Positions 48,183-58,277 of a stretch of 64,000 nt of DNA are shown in pieces. The notes under the pieces are model-generated. The model was not told where the DNA came from. It saw only the letters and a list, made by a program, of their open reading frames with translations, and searched no databases. Location: assembly GCA_004193545.1 (NCBI GenBank), contig RPGO01000029.1, positions 20,096-84,095 of the forward strand, given 5' to 3'. Every line of letters starts with the position of its first letter. The first letter of the stretch is position 1. The stretch comes from Candidatus Argoarchaeum ethanivorans. Lineage in GTDB: Archaea > Halobacteriota > Methanosarcinia > Methanosarcinales > EX4572-44. A program made the position numbers and the translations under genes.

Positions 48183-48692
48183 ATGAGTGGTAATGTGTGG
48201 AAGTTTGGTGACGATATTGATACTGATGCAATCATTCCTGGTCGTTACCTTGTTATCAACGATCCTGTTCTGCTTGCAGAGCACGCTTTCGAGGGTGTGC
48301 GACCAGAATTTGCAAAACACGTGAAGACAGGAGATATTATCGTTGCAGGTAGCAATTTTGGCTGCGGCTCATCGAGAGAGCATGCTCCTCTTGCACTCAA
48401 GGGTGCAGGTATAAGTTATATTATTGGAAAATCCTTTGCCCGCATTTTTTTTCGAAATGCTATTAATATCGGGCTTGCTGTACTGGAATGTGCTGATGCC
48501 GATAAAATCAGAGATGCTGATGAGATCGAGGTTAATATCAACACAGGGGCTATCATCAATAAGACACTGAATGAAACCTATCACGCGATACCGCTTCCAG
48601 ATTTTCTCCAGACTATCGTGCGATGTGGCGGGCTTATTGAATATGCAAGACAGCTTGTATCAAAAAAAGGTGACGTTTATGACACAGTATAA
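48183..48692 (+). CDS. 3-isopropylmalate/homoaconitate dehydratase small subunit (LeuD/HacB family)
   Basis: [23 protein letters not shown] and [15 protein letters not shown] placed the start at the ATG at 48183. Confidence 0.85.
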   Translation: MSGNVWKFGDDIDTDAIIPGRYLVINDPVLLAEHAFEGVRPEFAKHVKTGDIIVAGSNFGCGSSREHAPLALKGAGISYIIGKSFARIFFRNAINIGLAVLECADADKIRDADEIEVNINTGAIINKTLNETYHAIPLPDFLQTIVRCGGLIEYARQLVSKKGDVYDTV

Positions 48693-49806
48693 AATTCCAG
48701 TTATTCCGGGCGATGGAATCGGTCCAGAGATTATTGCAGAAGGCTGCAATGTTCTTGATGCAGCAGGTGAAGAGTTCGGCTTTGATATTGAGTGGATATA
48801 CTATCCACATGGAGCAGATCATTATCTTGCCACTGGTGAATTAATTTCAGAGGACACACTAAAACAACTTTCATCCTATCCAGTGATTTACCTCGGTTCC
48901 GTGGGAGACGATCGAATAACCCCCGGAGTGCTCGAAAAAGGCATACTACTTGCTATGCGATTCTATTTTGACCAGTATATCAATCTAAGACCAGTAAAAC
49001 TTCTACATGGCGTGTGGACTCCCCTCAAGGATAAAATCCCTGAAGATATTGATTTTGTGGTTGTACGGGAGAATACCGAAGACTTTTACATAGGAATCGG
49101 GGGCAGGTTAAATAAAGGAAGAGCAAGGGATGTACTTGAAGTGCATCGCAGCATATATAATGCTAAATTCGAGCTTGATATTGAAACTGACAGCGAGGAG
49201 ATCGCATACCAGATCGGAGTTATCAGTAAAGAGGGTGCTCGACGTGTAATGTACTATGCTTTCAATCTTGCACAACAAAGGGGAAAACATCTCTCATCAG
49301 TGGATAAAGCAAATGTGCTGTCAGATATCTATGGATTCTGGCGCGAAGAGTTCGCAACCATTGCGAAAGAGTATCCAGAGGTTACAACCGATCTTAACTT
49401 TGTGGATGCTGTCACCATGTGGTTTGTCAAAAACCCTGAATGGTTTGATGTTGTAGTAACACCTAATATGTTCGGTGATATCATAACAGATCTTGGTGCC
49501 ATGGTGCAGGGCGGACTTGGGCTTGCCCCGGGTGGAAATATCAACCCAGAGGGTACAAGCATGTTTGAACCAATACATGGAAGTGCGCCAAAATACAAAG
49601 GGAAAAACAAAGTAAATCCTATAGCTACTATCTGGGCAGGCGCCATGTTAATTGAACAACTTGGAGAAAAACAGGCAGCAGATGCCATTGTCAGAGCCAT
49701 TGAGGAAAACCTTACAACAGGCAAGGTTAGAACTTATGACCTTGGTGGGAGTAACACCACCTCGGAAGTGGGTGATGATATTGCAAGTCTTGTAAGAAAT
49801 CTATGA
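48679..49806 (+). CDS. Isopropylmalate/tartrate/homoisocitrate dehydrogenase family (beta-decarboxylating dehydrogenase)
   Basis: [15 protein letters not shown], the tartrate-dehydrogenase-like N-terminal region, [12 protein letters not shown] and [14 protein letters not shown]. The start at 48679 overlaps the leuD-like gene by 14 nt. Confidence 0.85.
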   Translation: MTQYKIPVIPGDGIGPEIIAEGCNVLDAAGEEFGFDIEWIYYPHGADHYLATGELISEDTLKQLSSYPVIYLGSVGDDRITPGVLEKGILLAMRFYFDQYINLRPVKLLHGVWTPLKDKIPEDIDFVVVRENTEDFYIGIGGRLNKGRARDVLEVHRSIYNAKFELDIETDSEEIAYQIGVISKEGARRVMYYAFNLAQQRGKHLSSVDKANVLSDIYGFWREEFATIAKEYPEVTTDLNFVDAVTMWFVKNPEWFDVVVTPNMFGDIITDLGAMVQGGLGLAPGGNINPEGTSMFEPIHGSAPKYKGKNKVNPIATIWAGAMLIEQLGEKQAADAIVRAIEENLTTGKVRTYDLGGSNTTSEVGDDIASLVRNL

Positions 49807-50483
49807 GCCTTCCATACGTGTTTATCAATGCTGCAATGAGTGCGGATGGGAAGATTGCAAGCAGCGAGCGCAGGCAGTTTAGATTATCAGGCAGGCTCGA
49901 TTTTGCACGTGTTGATGAACTGCGCTCTAAAAGCGATGCCATAATGGTGGGAATTGAAACCGTCCTTTCTGATGATTCAAGTCTTACTGTAAAATCATCA
50001 CAGCTCAGAGAGATGAGACAGAGGGGGGGAATGCCTGAGAACCCGGCGCGCATTGTTATTGACAGCCGTGCTCGTACACCACCTGATGCAGACCTGTTTA
50101 AAAAGGGCAAAGGAGAACGCATCATTATCACCACAAGAAAAGCAGGTAAAGAAAAGCTTGCCATCCTTAAACAACAAGCAGCCATCATAATCGCTGGAAA
50201 TGACAAAGTGGACCTGCATAAAGCACTTAGAGAGCTAAAACATCGTGGATACAATACTATTATGGTCGAGGGTGGTGCCACTCTTAACTGGAGCCTTATA
50301 CATGAGGGCCTCGTTGATGAAATTTACACCTTTATCTCAAACCAAATCATCGGTGGTGCCACTTCTCCAACTCTTGTCGATGGCAGTGGGTATGCTGCTT
50401 CCGATGAGACTACCAGACTAACACTCATATCAGCAGAATCGTTGGATAGTGGTGTGCTGATCAAATGGCGCATAGCAAAATAA
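49803..50483 (+). CDS. 2,5-diamino-6-ribosylamino-4(3H)-pyrimidinone 5'-phosphate reductase (archaeal RibD C-terminal-type reductase)
   Basis: 226 aa. [27 protein letters not shown] and [12 protein letters not shown]. Confidence 0.8.
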   Translation: MSLPYVFINAAMSADGKIASSERRQFRLSGRLDFARVDELRSKSDAIMVGIETVLSDDSSLTVKSSQLREMRQRGGMPENPARIVIDSRARTPPDADLFKKGKGERIIITTRKAGKEKLAILKQQAAIIIAGNDKVDLHKALRELKHRGYNTIMVEGGATLNWSLIHEGLVDEIYTFISNQIIGGATSPTLVDGSGYAASDETTRLTLISAESLDSGVLIKWRIAK

Positions 50484-50523
50484 CAGCCTGTGCAAAACAA
50501 ATAAACAAGCAGATGATAAAAAA

Positions 50524-50694
50524 CTGCACAACTTCGTTCTGCACAACTGCATACTCCGTATGCAGAGCTAACCGGCAACCTTTGATTCTTGATTGCGCAA
50601 GCACTGCATACTGCGTATGCAGAAATTACCAGCAACTGCACAACTTCGTTGTGTAGAAGGCAACTCGTGACTCTTGATTGCGCTAGCAATCAAG
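50524..50694. repeat. Largest cluster of palindromic hairpin repeats (classes A, B and C), between convergent genes
   Basis: Hairpins at 50547-50565 and 50604-50622 (ctgcatac-NNN-gtatgcag), 50636-50656 (class A, one mismatch) and 50673-50694 (cttgattgcg-ct-agcaatcaag). There are also degenerate units and accagca/accggca linkers. Confidence 0.85.
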
Positions 50695-50806
50695 TTGCGA
50701 AGCAATCGAGTGCATAGAAAATAACCAGCAAGAGAGTGTTCTGCGTTTATAATTTCCTATACGTTAAAAAAATTGATCTTGAAACACGACTAAAAAATTA
50801 TTGTTG

Positions 50807-51325
50807 TTATCTATTTACCCATTCATCCGACATGGTTATCTCTTCAAGTTTTTTCCTCGGCGTTGGTTCTGGAATGACTTTTGGATACCCAATTGACAGC
50901 AGCATGACCGCTCTGACACTCTCTGGTATGTTTAGTATTTTTTTTACTTTTTTCTCGTCGAATGCACCTATCCAGCAGGTACCAAGCCCTTCAGCGACCG
51001 CTTGCAGTGTCATGTGGTCTAATGCTATGGTAATATCAATAGGATAAGCAGATTGTCCAGAAGGCATGACGTATTCTGTATTAACAGAACACGCTGCAAT
51101 TACTACTGGCGCCTCACCAACAAATTTTTGCCCAAGTGCTGCATCTACGAGTGCTTCCCGTTTTTCTTTATCCTTTACTATAATAAATATGCGCTCCTGC
51201 AAATTTTTGGGGGATGGTGAAAGCCTTCCTGCCTCCAGTATTTGCAGGAGTTTTTCTTCTTCAATCTCTTGATCTTTAAACGCACGTATGCTGCGGCGAA
51301 GCTTTATTGTATTTAATACACCCAT
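50807..51325 (-). CDS. Nitroreductase-family flavoprotein
   Basis: 172 aa. IKLRRSIRAF, SPSPKNLQ and GTCWIGAFDE. Confidence 0.8.
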   Translation of the reverse strand: MGVLNTIKLRRSIRAFKDQEIEEEKLLQILEAGRLSPSPKNLQERIFIIVKDKEKREALVDAALGQKFVGEAPVVIAACSVNTEYVMPSGQSAYPIDITIALDHMTLQAVAEGLGTCWIGAFDEKKVKKILNIPESVRAVMLLSIGYPKVIPEPTPRKKLEEITMSDEWVNR

Positions 51326-51499
51326 GATAATCTACCTTCATCCGGATATAACGATTGTTATGTTACATTATCTTTATGGTTTTTTTGGATATATTCGTGC
51401 AGTCCCGGATATTTTGATTTTATGTGACTCCACTTCGTTTTCTAGATTTTCTCACAATTCTGCCCCCGTTCTTTTGAGAACTGCGTTCAACTTGCATCG

Positions 51500-51660
51500 A
51501 CCTGTATTCTTCGAGCAACTACAACAACGTCTCCTGTAATCAGGTGCAGAACAACGCAAAGGCAGGCTTCTATCTGTATGATGGAAGTACAGGCAACACC
51601 ATCGAGTGTAACAATATCATCACAAACAGTGTGTACAACGACACGAGTGATGGTTAGGAG
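51500..51660 (+). pseudogene. Fragment of a right-handed beta-helix (PbH1/NosD-like) surface protein
   Basis: Own translation gives SSNYNNVSCNQVQNNAKAGFYLYDGSTGNTIECNNIITNSVYNDTSDG*. It shows the PbH1 repeat periodicity but has no start and is stop-terminated. Confidence 0.35.
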
Positions 51661-51791
51661 TGGTAGTTTTACAGCAGCCAGTCAAATAACATAAGCACAG
51701 CCGGCAACTGGGCGGGAATTGCTGTACAAACATAATCGTTCTTGCTGCAAAATATTATATGTGGACAACACAATAGCATCTCTGGAAAATT

Positions 51792-53771
51792 ATGACATTT
51801 CATGCTCGACAGCAGCCAAAAGTTGATATTTCAAGTATTGATACAGTAGTTGTTGCATCAGAACTTTCGAAGCTCATCGTTGGTGCTAAGATTGGAAAGA
51901 TATACCAGCACTCGCCGGATGAAATACGGATAGTGCTTCGAGTAACTGGCAGTGGCCGCAGTGATCTTGTAATAGAAGCGGGACGAAGAATCCATTTAAC
52001 CAAGTATCCAAAGGAATCTGAAAAAGTGCCCCAGCCATTCCCAATGCTCCTTAGAAAGCACCTGACTAGCGGGAGAATTACAAAAATAGAACAATATGAT
52101 TTTGACCGAATAATCAAGATAGGTGTAGAAAGAGCAGGCGTTAAAACGGTGCTTCTTTGTGAATTTTTTGCACGTGGCAATATTGTGTTATTAAATGAAG
52201 AAAATCATATCATTTTGCCACTAAAATCGATTAACTATAAAGATAGAGCCATTCGCGGTGGGCAGATATACGAATTGCCGCCACCGCAATTGAATCCACA
52301 GACAGTGACAGTAGAAGAACTTACCGGGATTTTTGCCGCCTCGAATACTGATGTTGTGCGCACGCTTGCAACACGATTGAACCTTGGAGGGGTGTTGTCA
52401 GAAGAAGTATGCCTTCGTGCAGGTATTGATAAAAGCACCAGTGCCACCAAAATGTCTTATGAGTACTGTGAGAAGATTTACAGCGCTCTCTTGGACTTAA
52501 TGCTGCCTCTTTCTGTAAACAAGCTTGTACCACAGGTGGTAAAGCAGGATGGAGTAAACATTGATGTACTTCCTTTTGAACTGGAACAATACAAAGACTT
52601 TGAAAAAATATATTTCTCTTCTATCAACGATGCCCTGGATGAATATTATGGAAAAAGCGAAATAAAAAAAATTGTCACTCCCCAAAAAACCAGGCAGGGG
52701 TTGTATGTACGACGTCTTGCACAACAGGAAGCAAGTCTTGAAAAATTCAATAAGCAGGAGGAAAAGCTCACATCGACAGGAGAGCTGCTTTATGCTGAAT
52801 ACTGTCTGATCGATGATATTTTAACTACGATACGAGGTGCCAGGGAAAAGGACTATTCATGGGAAGACATTAAAAAAACACTTGCGAATACATCAGTCCC
52901 GACAGCATCGGTGATTGAGCGAATAGACTCAAGCACAGGAGAGATCACAGTAAATATCAATGGTGTTCGTATAAACCTTGATTATCGTCTCTCTGTTGAA
53001 CAAAATGCAGCAGCTTATTACAAACGTGCCAAAAAGTTTTCATCAAAGATCAATGGTGCGATTAAAGCGATAAGCAAGACCAGGGAGTTAATATCAAAAA
53101 AAGAAACGGTGGATGTAGTAACAAAGAAAAAGTTAAAGAGGAAAAAACCAAAATGGTACGAACAATTCAAATGGTTTTATTCTACTGATGGTTTTCTTGT
53201 TATCGCAGGACGCGATTCTGATACTAACGAGATTGTGGTTAAAAAATACATGGAGAAAAGAGACCTCTTCTTTCACACACAATACCCGGGATCCCCTGCC
53301 GTAATCGTTAAAACCGAAGGTAAAACCATGCCAGAGACAACACTCAAAGAAGCCGCACAGTTTACAGTATCCCATTCAAGCACATGGAAGTCTGGATATG
53401 CTGAAGGTGAATGCTATTTTGTGCTTCCGGAACAGGTATCCAAGACCCCGGAACATGGCGAGTTCCTGCCAAAAGGATCATTTATCATACGTGGAAAGCG
53501 AAATTATATGAAAGCAGCGGTTGGGATTGCAGTTGGCATCAACGACGAAAAATGTCTTTGTGGGCCCCCGGGTACTGTAAGAAACCGTGTTGACGCAATG
53601 GTAGAACTTGAGCCAGGTGCCTTCAATGGAAATGACATGTCAACAAAGATCTACAGAATTTTTGCAGAACAAGCAAAAGATGTGCGATCTCTTAAAATGT
53701 ATGCTTCACCTGAAATCATATCAAGATGTATGCCTCCAGGAGGATCACAAATAAAATCACTAAAACCTTGA
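51792..53771 (+). CDS. NFACT-family ribosome quality-control protein (Rqc2/FbpA homologue)
   Basis: 659 aa. It has the NFACT-N domain, a central coiled coil, and the NFACT-R/DUF814 region WFYSTDGFLVIAGRDSDTNE...FFHTQYPGSPAVIVK. Confidence 0.85.
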   Translation: MTFHARQQPKVDISSIDTVVVASELSKLIVGAKIGKIYQHSPDEIRIVLRVTGSGRSDLVIEAGRRIHLTKYPKESEKVPQPFPMLLRKHLTSGRITKIEQYDFDRIIKIGVERAGVKTVLLCEFFARGNIVLLNEENHIILPLKSINYKDRAIRGGQIYELPPPQLNPQTVTVEELTGIFAASNTDVVRTLATRLNLGGVLSEEVCLRAGIDKSTSATKMSYEYCEKIYSALLDLMLPLSVNKLVPQVVKQDGVNIDVLPFELEQYKDFEKIYFSSINDALDEYYGKSEIKKIVTPQKTRQGLYVRRLAQQEASLEKFNKQEEKLTSTGELLYAEYCLIDDILTTIRGAREKDYSWEDIKKTLANTSVPTASVIERIDSSTGEITVNINGVRINLDYRLSVEQNAAAYYKRAKKFSSKINGAIKAISKTRELISKKETVDVVTKKKLKRKKPKWYEQFKWFYSTDGFLVIAGRDSDTNEIVVKKYMEKRDLFFHTQYPGSPAVIVKTEGKTMPETTLKEAAQFTVSHSSTWKSGYAEGECYFVLPEQVSKTPEHGEFLPKGSFIIRGKRNYMKAAVGIAVGINDEKCLCGPPGTVRNRVDAMVELEPGAFNGNDMSTKIYRIFAEQAKDVRSLKMYASPEIISRCMPPGGSQIKSLKP

Positions 53772-53866
53772 GTTTGAAGACTCGAGATAACACCAGCTAC
53801 TAACCGGGACACTGCCCAAATAAAAAGGATACCTTTATTGCAGTTGTCTTTTTATTATAAAGACTT

Positions 53867-54859
53867 ATGAGTAAAAAAGTTGCTACTATTGGCGGTGACG
53901 GTGTTGGACCTGAGCTTGTCAAATGCATGCTGGATGTTGTTGATGCTACTTCTGTGAATATTGAATTTATTCAAATTGAAGCAGGTGCTACGTGGTGGAA
54001 AAAACATGGAGGTACAAGCCTTATTCCTAATGAAAGCTGGGAGGTACTTAATGAAGCGGATGCATGTTTCAAGTCCCCTACCACTACCCCGGGAGGTATT
54101 GGTTCTCCAAAGAGTGTAGCTGTGTCCATCCGCCAGCGGTTCAATCTCTATGCCAATGTGCGCCCGATCAAGACTTTTCCAAACACAAATCCGCCTCTTG
54201 GTGATGTGGACTTTGTGTGTGTACGGGAAGGAACAGAAGGTTTGTATGCCGGAAAAGAAATGCAGCTTAATGATAATATGCATATTGCCCTGCGTTTGAT
54301 TACACGAGATGCCTGTAATCGCGTAGCACGCTATGCTTTTGAAGAGGCAGATCGTCGTTGCTGGAAGACTGTTGTTGCAATTCACAAGAGTAACATTTTG
54401 AAGCAGACCTGTGGGGCTTTCCTTGAAGAAGTAAACAATGTATCGGTTGAGTATCCAGGAATTGAAGTCTGGGAATACCATATTGATAATATTGCTCAGC
54501 AGTTAATTAAAAATCCGCAGATATTCAACCAGTCAATTCTACTTTCAACCAACCTGTTCATGGATGTGATCAGTGAGGAGTGTTCCGGGCTTGTTGGGAG
54601 TATCGGTTTAATCTATTCCTCCAATATCGGGGACAATTATGCAATGTTTGAGCCTGCTCACGGGTCTGCACCAAAGTATGCAGGTATGGACAAGGTCAAT
54701 CCTGTGGCAACCATTCTTGCTGGAGCCTTGATGCTTGATATCTTGGTGAAAAGAGCATCAAGAAAACATTTTTCACTGCTGTTGATCAGGGTGATTGCAG
54801 AGAGGCGATTAGTAGCGCTAACCTACGATCTTGAAGGCAGTGCAAAGTCAGTGAAATGA
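53867..54859 (+). CDS. Isocitrate/isopropylmalate/homoisocitrate dehydrogenase family protein (LeuB/AksF-like)
   Basis: VATIGGDGVGPEL, FVCVREGTEGLY, NLFMDVISEE and GSAPKYAGMDKVNP. About 17 codons near the C-terminus look out of frame (see findings). Confidence 0.8.
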   Translation: MSKKVATIGGDGVGPELVKCMLDVVDATSVNIEFIQIEAGATWWKKHGGTSLIPNESWEVLNEADACFKSPTTTPGGIGSPKSVAVSIRQRFNLYANVRPIKTFPNTNPPLGDVDFVCVREGTEGLYAGKEMQLNDNMHIALRLITRDACNRVARYAFEEADRRCWKTVVAIHKSNILKQTCGAFLEEVNNVSVEYPGIEVWEYHIDNIAQQLIKNPQIFNQSILLSTNLFMDVISEECSGLVGSIGLIYSSNIGDNYAMFEPAHGSAPKYAGMDKVNPVATILAGALMLDILVKRASRKHFSLLLIRVIAERRLVALTYDLEGSAKSVK

Positions 54860-54903
54860 CGAGAGATTATAAAGGAATGAATGAAGCTTGATCGAGTAAA
54901 GCA

Positions 54904-55465
54904 CTAAGCGCTGCACAACTTCGTTGTGCAGAGATAAATTAACAGCACTGCTTCGTTGGCAGTTCTTGTTGTCCCTGCAACTACAATTGCATATTTTGCC
55001 CTTTTGCTGTTTGCATTTCCAAACGCCTGTTCTAGTGCCTGTTTAAATTCAGCATCAGAAATTCCGTCTCTTTTACATTCAACAATTAAATAATCGTGTC
55101 CATCTTCATCATAAACAACAATATCTGCCCTGTCATCTGGTACTCTCCCCTCAACCTTTACCTCAATATCAATATTTTCTTTAGGATATTTTTTTATCCA
55201 GAACAAGTTCCACAAAATAAGAAGCTCTTACTTTTTCTTCTGGATTTTTAAAACTTGTAGAATACTCTCTTTTACAAAAATAAGTAATTCTTGACTTATC
55301 GTCAGATAATTTAATGATATTTTCATTTATTCCCTTTTCAACATTTTCCATGAATGTAGTATCGTCATTATTTTCTTTTGTCATTTTCTCGCCCCCTCTT
55401 TCTTTAATTGTTCTTCCATCATAATCTCTACTTGTCGTGAAACTAATAAACATTTCTTCTTGCAT
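54904..55465 (-). pseudogene. HsdR_N-like (PD-(D/E)xK restriction-endonuclease-like) protein, frameshifted
   Basis: ORFs 55181-55465 and 54904-55215 join as ...YFVELVLDKKYPKENIDIEVKV... if the T7 run at 55189-55195 is read as T6. The nuclease core is ADIVVYDEDG...LIVECKR. The 3' end runs into a class A hairpin at 54911-54931. Confidence 0.6.
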
Positions 55466-55493
55466 AATTCTCTATACTTGTTATATAATTCGG

Positions 55494-55629
55494 AATTTAG
55501 GGGTTGTAAACTCTCCGGGTGTTATGCCAGAACTCTAATTTCTTTCATGCGTTCAAACACAGAACAGCAGACATTATACCTAAATACACAACCATGTCGA
55601 AACAATGCCAACACCCAATAACTTTACAA
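55494..55629. repeat. Dispersed repeat family E, copy 2
   Basis: It matches 25283-25413. Confidence 0.8.
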
Positions 55630-55687
55630 GCCCGGAATTTACTCTTAATCGCATAGGGTAACTTTTGATTCTTGACCCACGCAAGCA

Positions 55688-55939
55688 CTGTACAAATTCG
55701 TTGTGCAGAAATACCGGTAGCCTTTGATTTAATTATTATACCCCGCAGCTCTGCTGCGGTTGGGACAAAGAGGAGTATAGTCAGATGGAACTTTTAGATT
55801 TTTGAATAAGACTGGATAACAAAGCGACGGTATGGAACATGCCCCGCTGCTCTGCGGCGGGGTGTGCCGTCGCAATTTGACTCTTGATTGCGAAGCAATC
55901 AAGTGCAGAAAATTAATTCTTGATTGCGAAGCAATCAAG
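55688..55939. repeat. Composite repeat cluster: a class A hairpin, family D units split by an insert of about 95 bp, and two class C hairpins
   Basis: 55688-55708 ctgtacaaattcgttgtgcag; 55729-55759 and 55841-55881 family D; 55883-55903 and 55919-55939 cttgattgc-gaa-gcaatcaag. Confidence 0.8.
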
Positions 55940-56045
55940 GCAAGAGAACATGGTTGCGTTTATAATTCCCTGCACGTTAAAAAAATCATCCCATGTCCAT
56001 GTTTTCTCTTCAATATCTTCTAACATCGCTGGTGTTTTTCCTCTT

Positions 56046-56696
56046 TCAACGAAATTTTTGACGTGCTCCTCGATATGCTTGCCTAAGTATTACTCTCGTT
56101 GGTGTGGATCTGCCTTCTGGTATTGTATCCCCTTCTCGTATTGCTTCAAGAATTCCCCCAGACTTTACTGATGTAACTCTGGTGTAGGCTCTTCCTACCA
56201 TTTCTGGTACGTGAGAATCGCTTCCTCCAACCTGTGGTTTTCCAAGCTCTTCTGCCATTTTTTTTGCCTTTTTGTTTGAGCACCAGAATCGACATCTGGA
56301 ATTAAGCGTCTCAATTGCATCAATATTTAGGTCACCGACATATCCAAGATTTTTTGTGATACGTTTGAAGGGATGAGCTGCGATAGTCACACCATCCAGT
56401 TTTTGTGCTGCTTTTATTGTTTGCTGTGGTGTTTGTTTTGGTGGTAAATCTTCTGTTACACCAAGTACCAGCATGTGCCCCCGCGTGGTTGATACTTCAA
56501 TGCCAGGTATGATCTGAATCGCTGACTTCAGTTCCTTTGCGCGTGTCATAGCTGCGATAGCACCTTGTGTAGTGTCATGGTCACAGATGGCTATGCCAGA
56601 AAGCCCGACCAATTCGGCTCTTTGTATAATCCTGTCGATAGTTGAAAGGCTGTCCTTTGAATAAATTGAGTGAACATGCAAATCAAAGTCAATCAT
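56046..56696 (-). CDS. PHP-domain metal-dependent phosphoesterase
   Basis: 216 aa. DLHVHSIYSKDS, ICDHD and GGSDSH motifs. Confidence 0.8.
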   Translation of the reverse strand: MIDFDLHVHSIYSKDSLSTIDRIIQRAELVGLSGIAICDHDTTQGAIAAMTRAKELKSAIQIIPGIEVSTTRGHMLVLGVTEDLPPKQTPQQTIKAAQKLDGVTIAAHPFKRITKNLGYVGDLNIDAIETLNSRCRFWCSNKKAKKMAEELGKPQVGGSDSHVPEMVGRAYTRVTSVKSGGILEAIREGDTIPEGRSTPTRVILRQAYRGARQKFR

Positions 56697-56750
56697 ATTT
56701 TTCGAGTTCCTTTTATGACCACAAGATTACACAGCTCTATATAAATACAG

Positions 56751-57919
56751 TCAATCAAGTTTGAGTTGTTTCATGCGCTTTGAAGCTTCCTCTATACGCT
56801 CTACTGGTTGCGTGAGTGCAAAACGTATGTATCCCTCACCGCATTCTCCAAATCCAACACCTGGTGTTGCAACGATGCCAGCTTCATTTAACAGGAGTGT
56901 TGAAAATTCTATTGAAGAATATCCTTCCGGTACAGCCGCCCATATATAAAAGGTTGCTTTTGGAGGTTCAACTGCAATTCCTATATTGTGCAGCCCTTTA
57001 ACCAGTGCATCCCGCCGATTCATATATATTTTCCTCATGTTCCCTATACAATCCTGTGAGCCGCTCATCGCAGTTATGCCTGCACGCTGCACCGCTTCAA
57101 AAGCTCCTGAATCAATGTTTGTCTTTATCCTGCCAATTCCATCAAGGACATCTCTGTTTCCAACAGCAAAGCCAATACGCCACCCTGTCATATTATATGT
57201 TTTGGAAAGACTATGAAACTCGATTCCTACCTCTATTGCACCATCTACATTAAGAAAGCTCGGAGCATGGTATCCATCGAATGTGATCTCTGAATAGGCA
57301 TTATCAGAGAGCACAATGATATGATTCTCTGCTGCAAACTCTACAACTTCCTTGTAGAATGATTTGTCTGCTGTTGCTGATGTGGGTTGTTTGGATAGTT
57401 GAGGAACATGATCCTGGCTTTCTTTGCTATATTTTTTGGTATTGCCTGGAGGTCTGGCAGGAATCCATTTTCCTTACTAAGGGGCATCATGTATGGTGTA
57501 CCTCCAGCAAATATTGTTCCAACTTTGTACACAGGATACGCAGGGTCTGGCACAAGCGCGATATCTCCGGCATTCAAGAATGCAAGGGGTGCGTGTGCAA
57601 TCCCTTCTTTTGAACCAATGAGTGTGAGTACTTCAGTCAGTGGCTCAACGTTCACACCGAAATGCTCGCTGTACCATGTAGAAGCAGCCTCTCGAAACGT
57701 AATTAATCCTGTATACGATGGATAGGTGTGGGTGCTTGCATCCCTTGCTGCTTCGCAGAGAGATTCTACGATATGCGATGGGGTTGGCTGGTCAGGATCG
57801 CCAACACCAATATCAATAACATCAACCCCTTTTCTTACTGCTTCCTTCTTTCCTTCATCAATTGCTGCAAATAGGTAAGAGGGAAGCGAATTAATTCTAT
57901 CTGAATACATGTAACTCAA
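56751..57919 (-). CDS. dapL: LL-diaminopimelate aminotransferase (methanogen DapL type), split by a 1-nt frameshift
   Basis: The N-terminal ORF ends ...[21 protein letters not shown]. The +1 frame from the GGG run at 57384-57386 reads [40 protein letters not shown], which is contiguous with ORF 56751-57314. Confidence 0.8.
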
Positions 57920-58277
57920 ATATTCTCCATTTTTCTTGTGATCTTATTTCCCATATACTTGAGAAGTACTCTGTCAACAAAAAAACTGATAACTCCAATG
58001 ATTGGCATTATTGTATATATTATCTCGTGTTACCTAAGCTTTGGGATAACTTATCGGTCGATTATCTCATGATAGCCACCAATTGCAGAATTGTTATCTA
58101 TTGGTTTTCATCTTAGATTCTCTAAGGGTAATAGTGCCGTAGGAAGTAAAGCTATGGGATGGAGTTCCTGGCAGAGATTGTATAGAGGTATTCAGGGCGC
58201 AGCTAACTGGTTTCAGAACGTTTTGTGTGGTTGGATGGTTTACTGCCCTACTCAACCGAACACAGATAAAAAGAGCA

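Noticed and set aside
50524-50694. Whether the clustered palindromic repeats form a CRISPR array.
   Set aside because: - The units belong to at least three different sequence classes.
- They are only 19-22 nt long.
- Their spacing is irregular and the linkers between them are themselves conserved.
- There are no unique spacers and no cas genes in the window.
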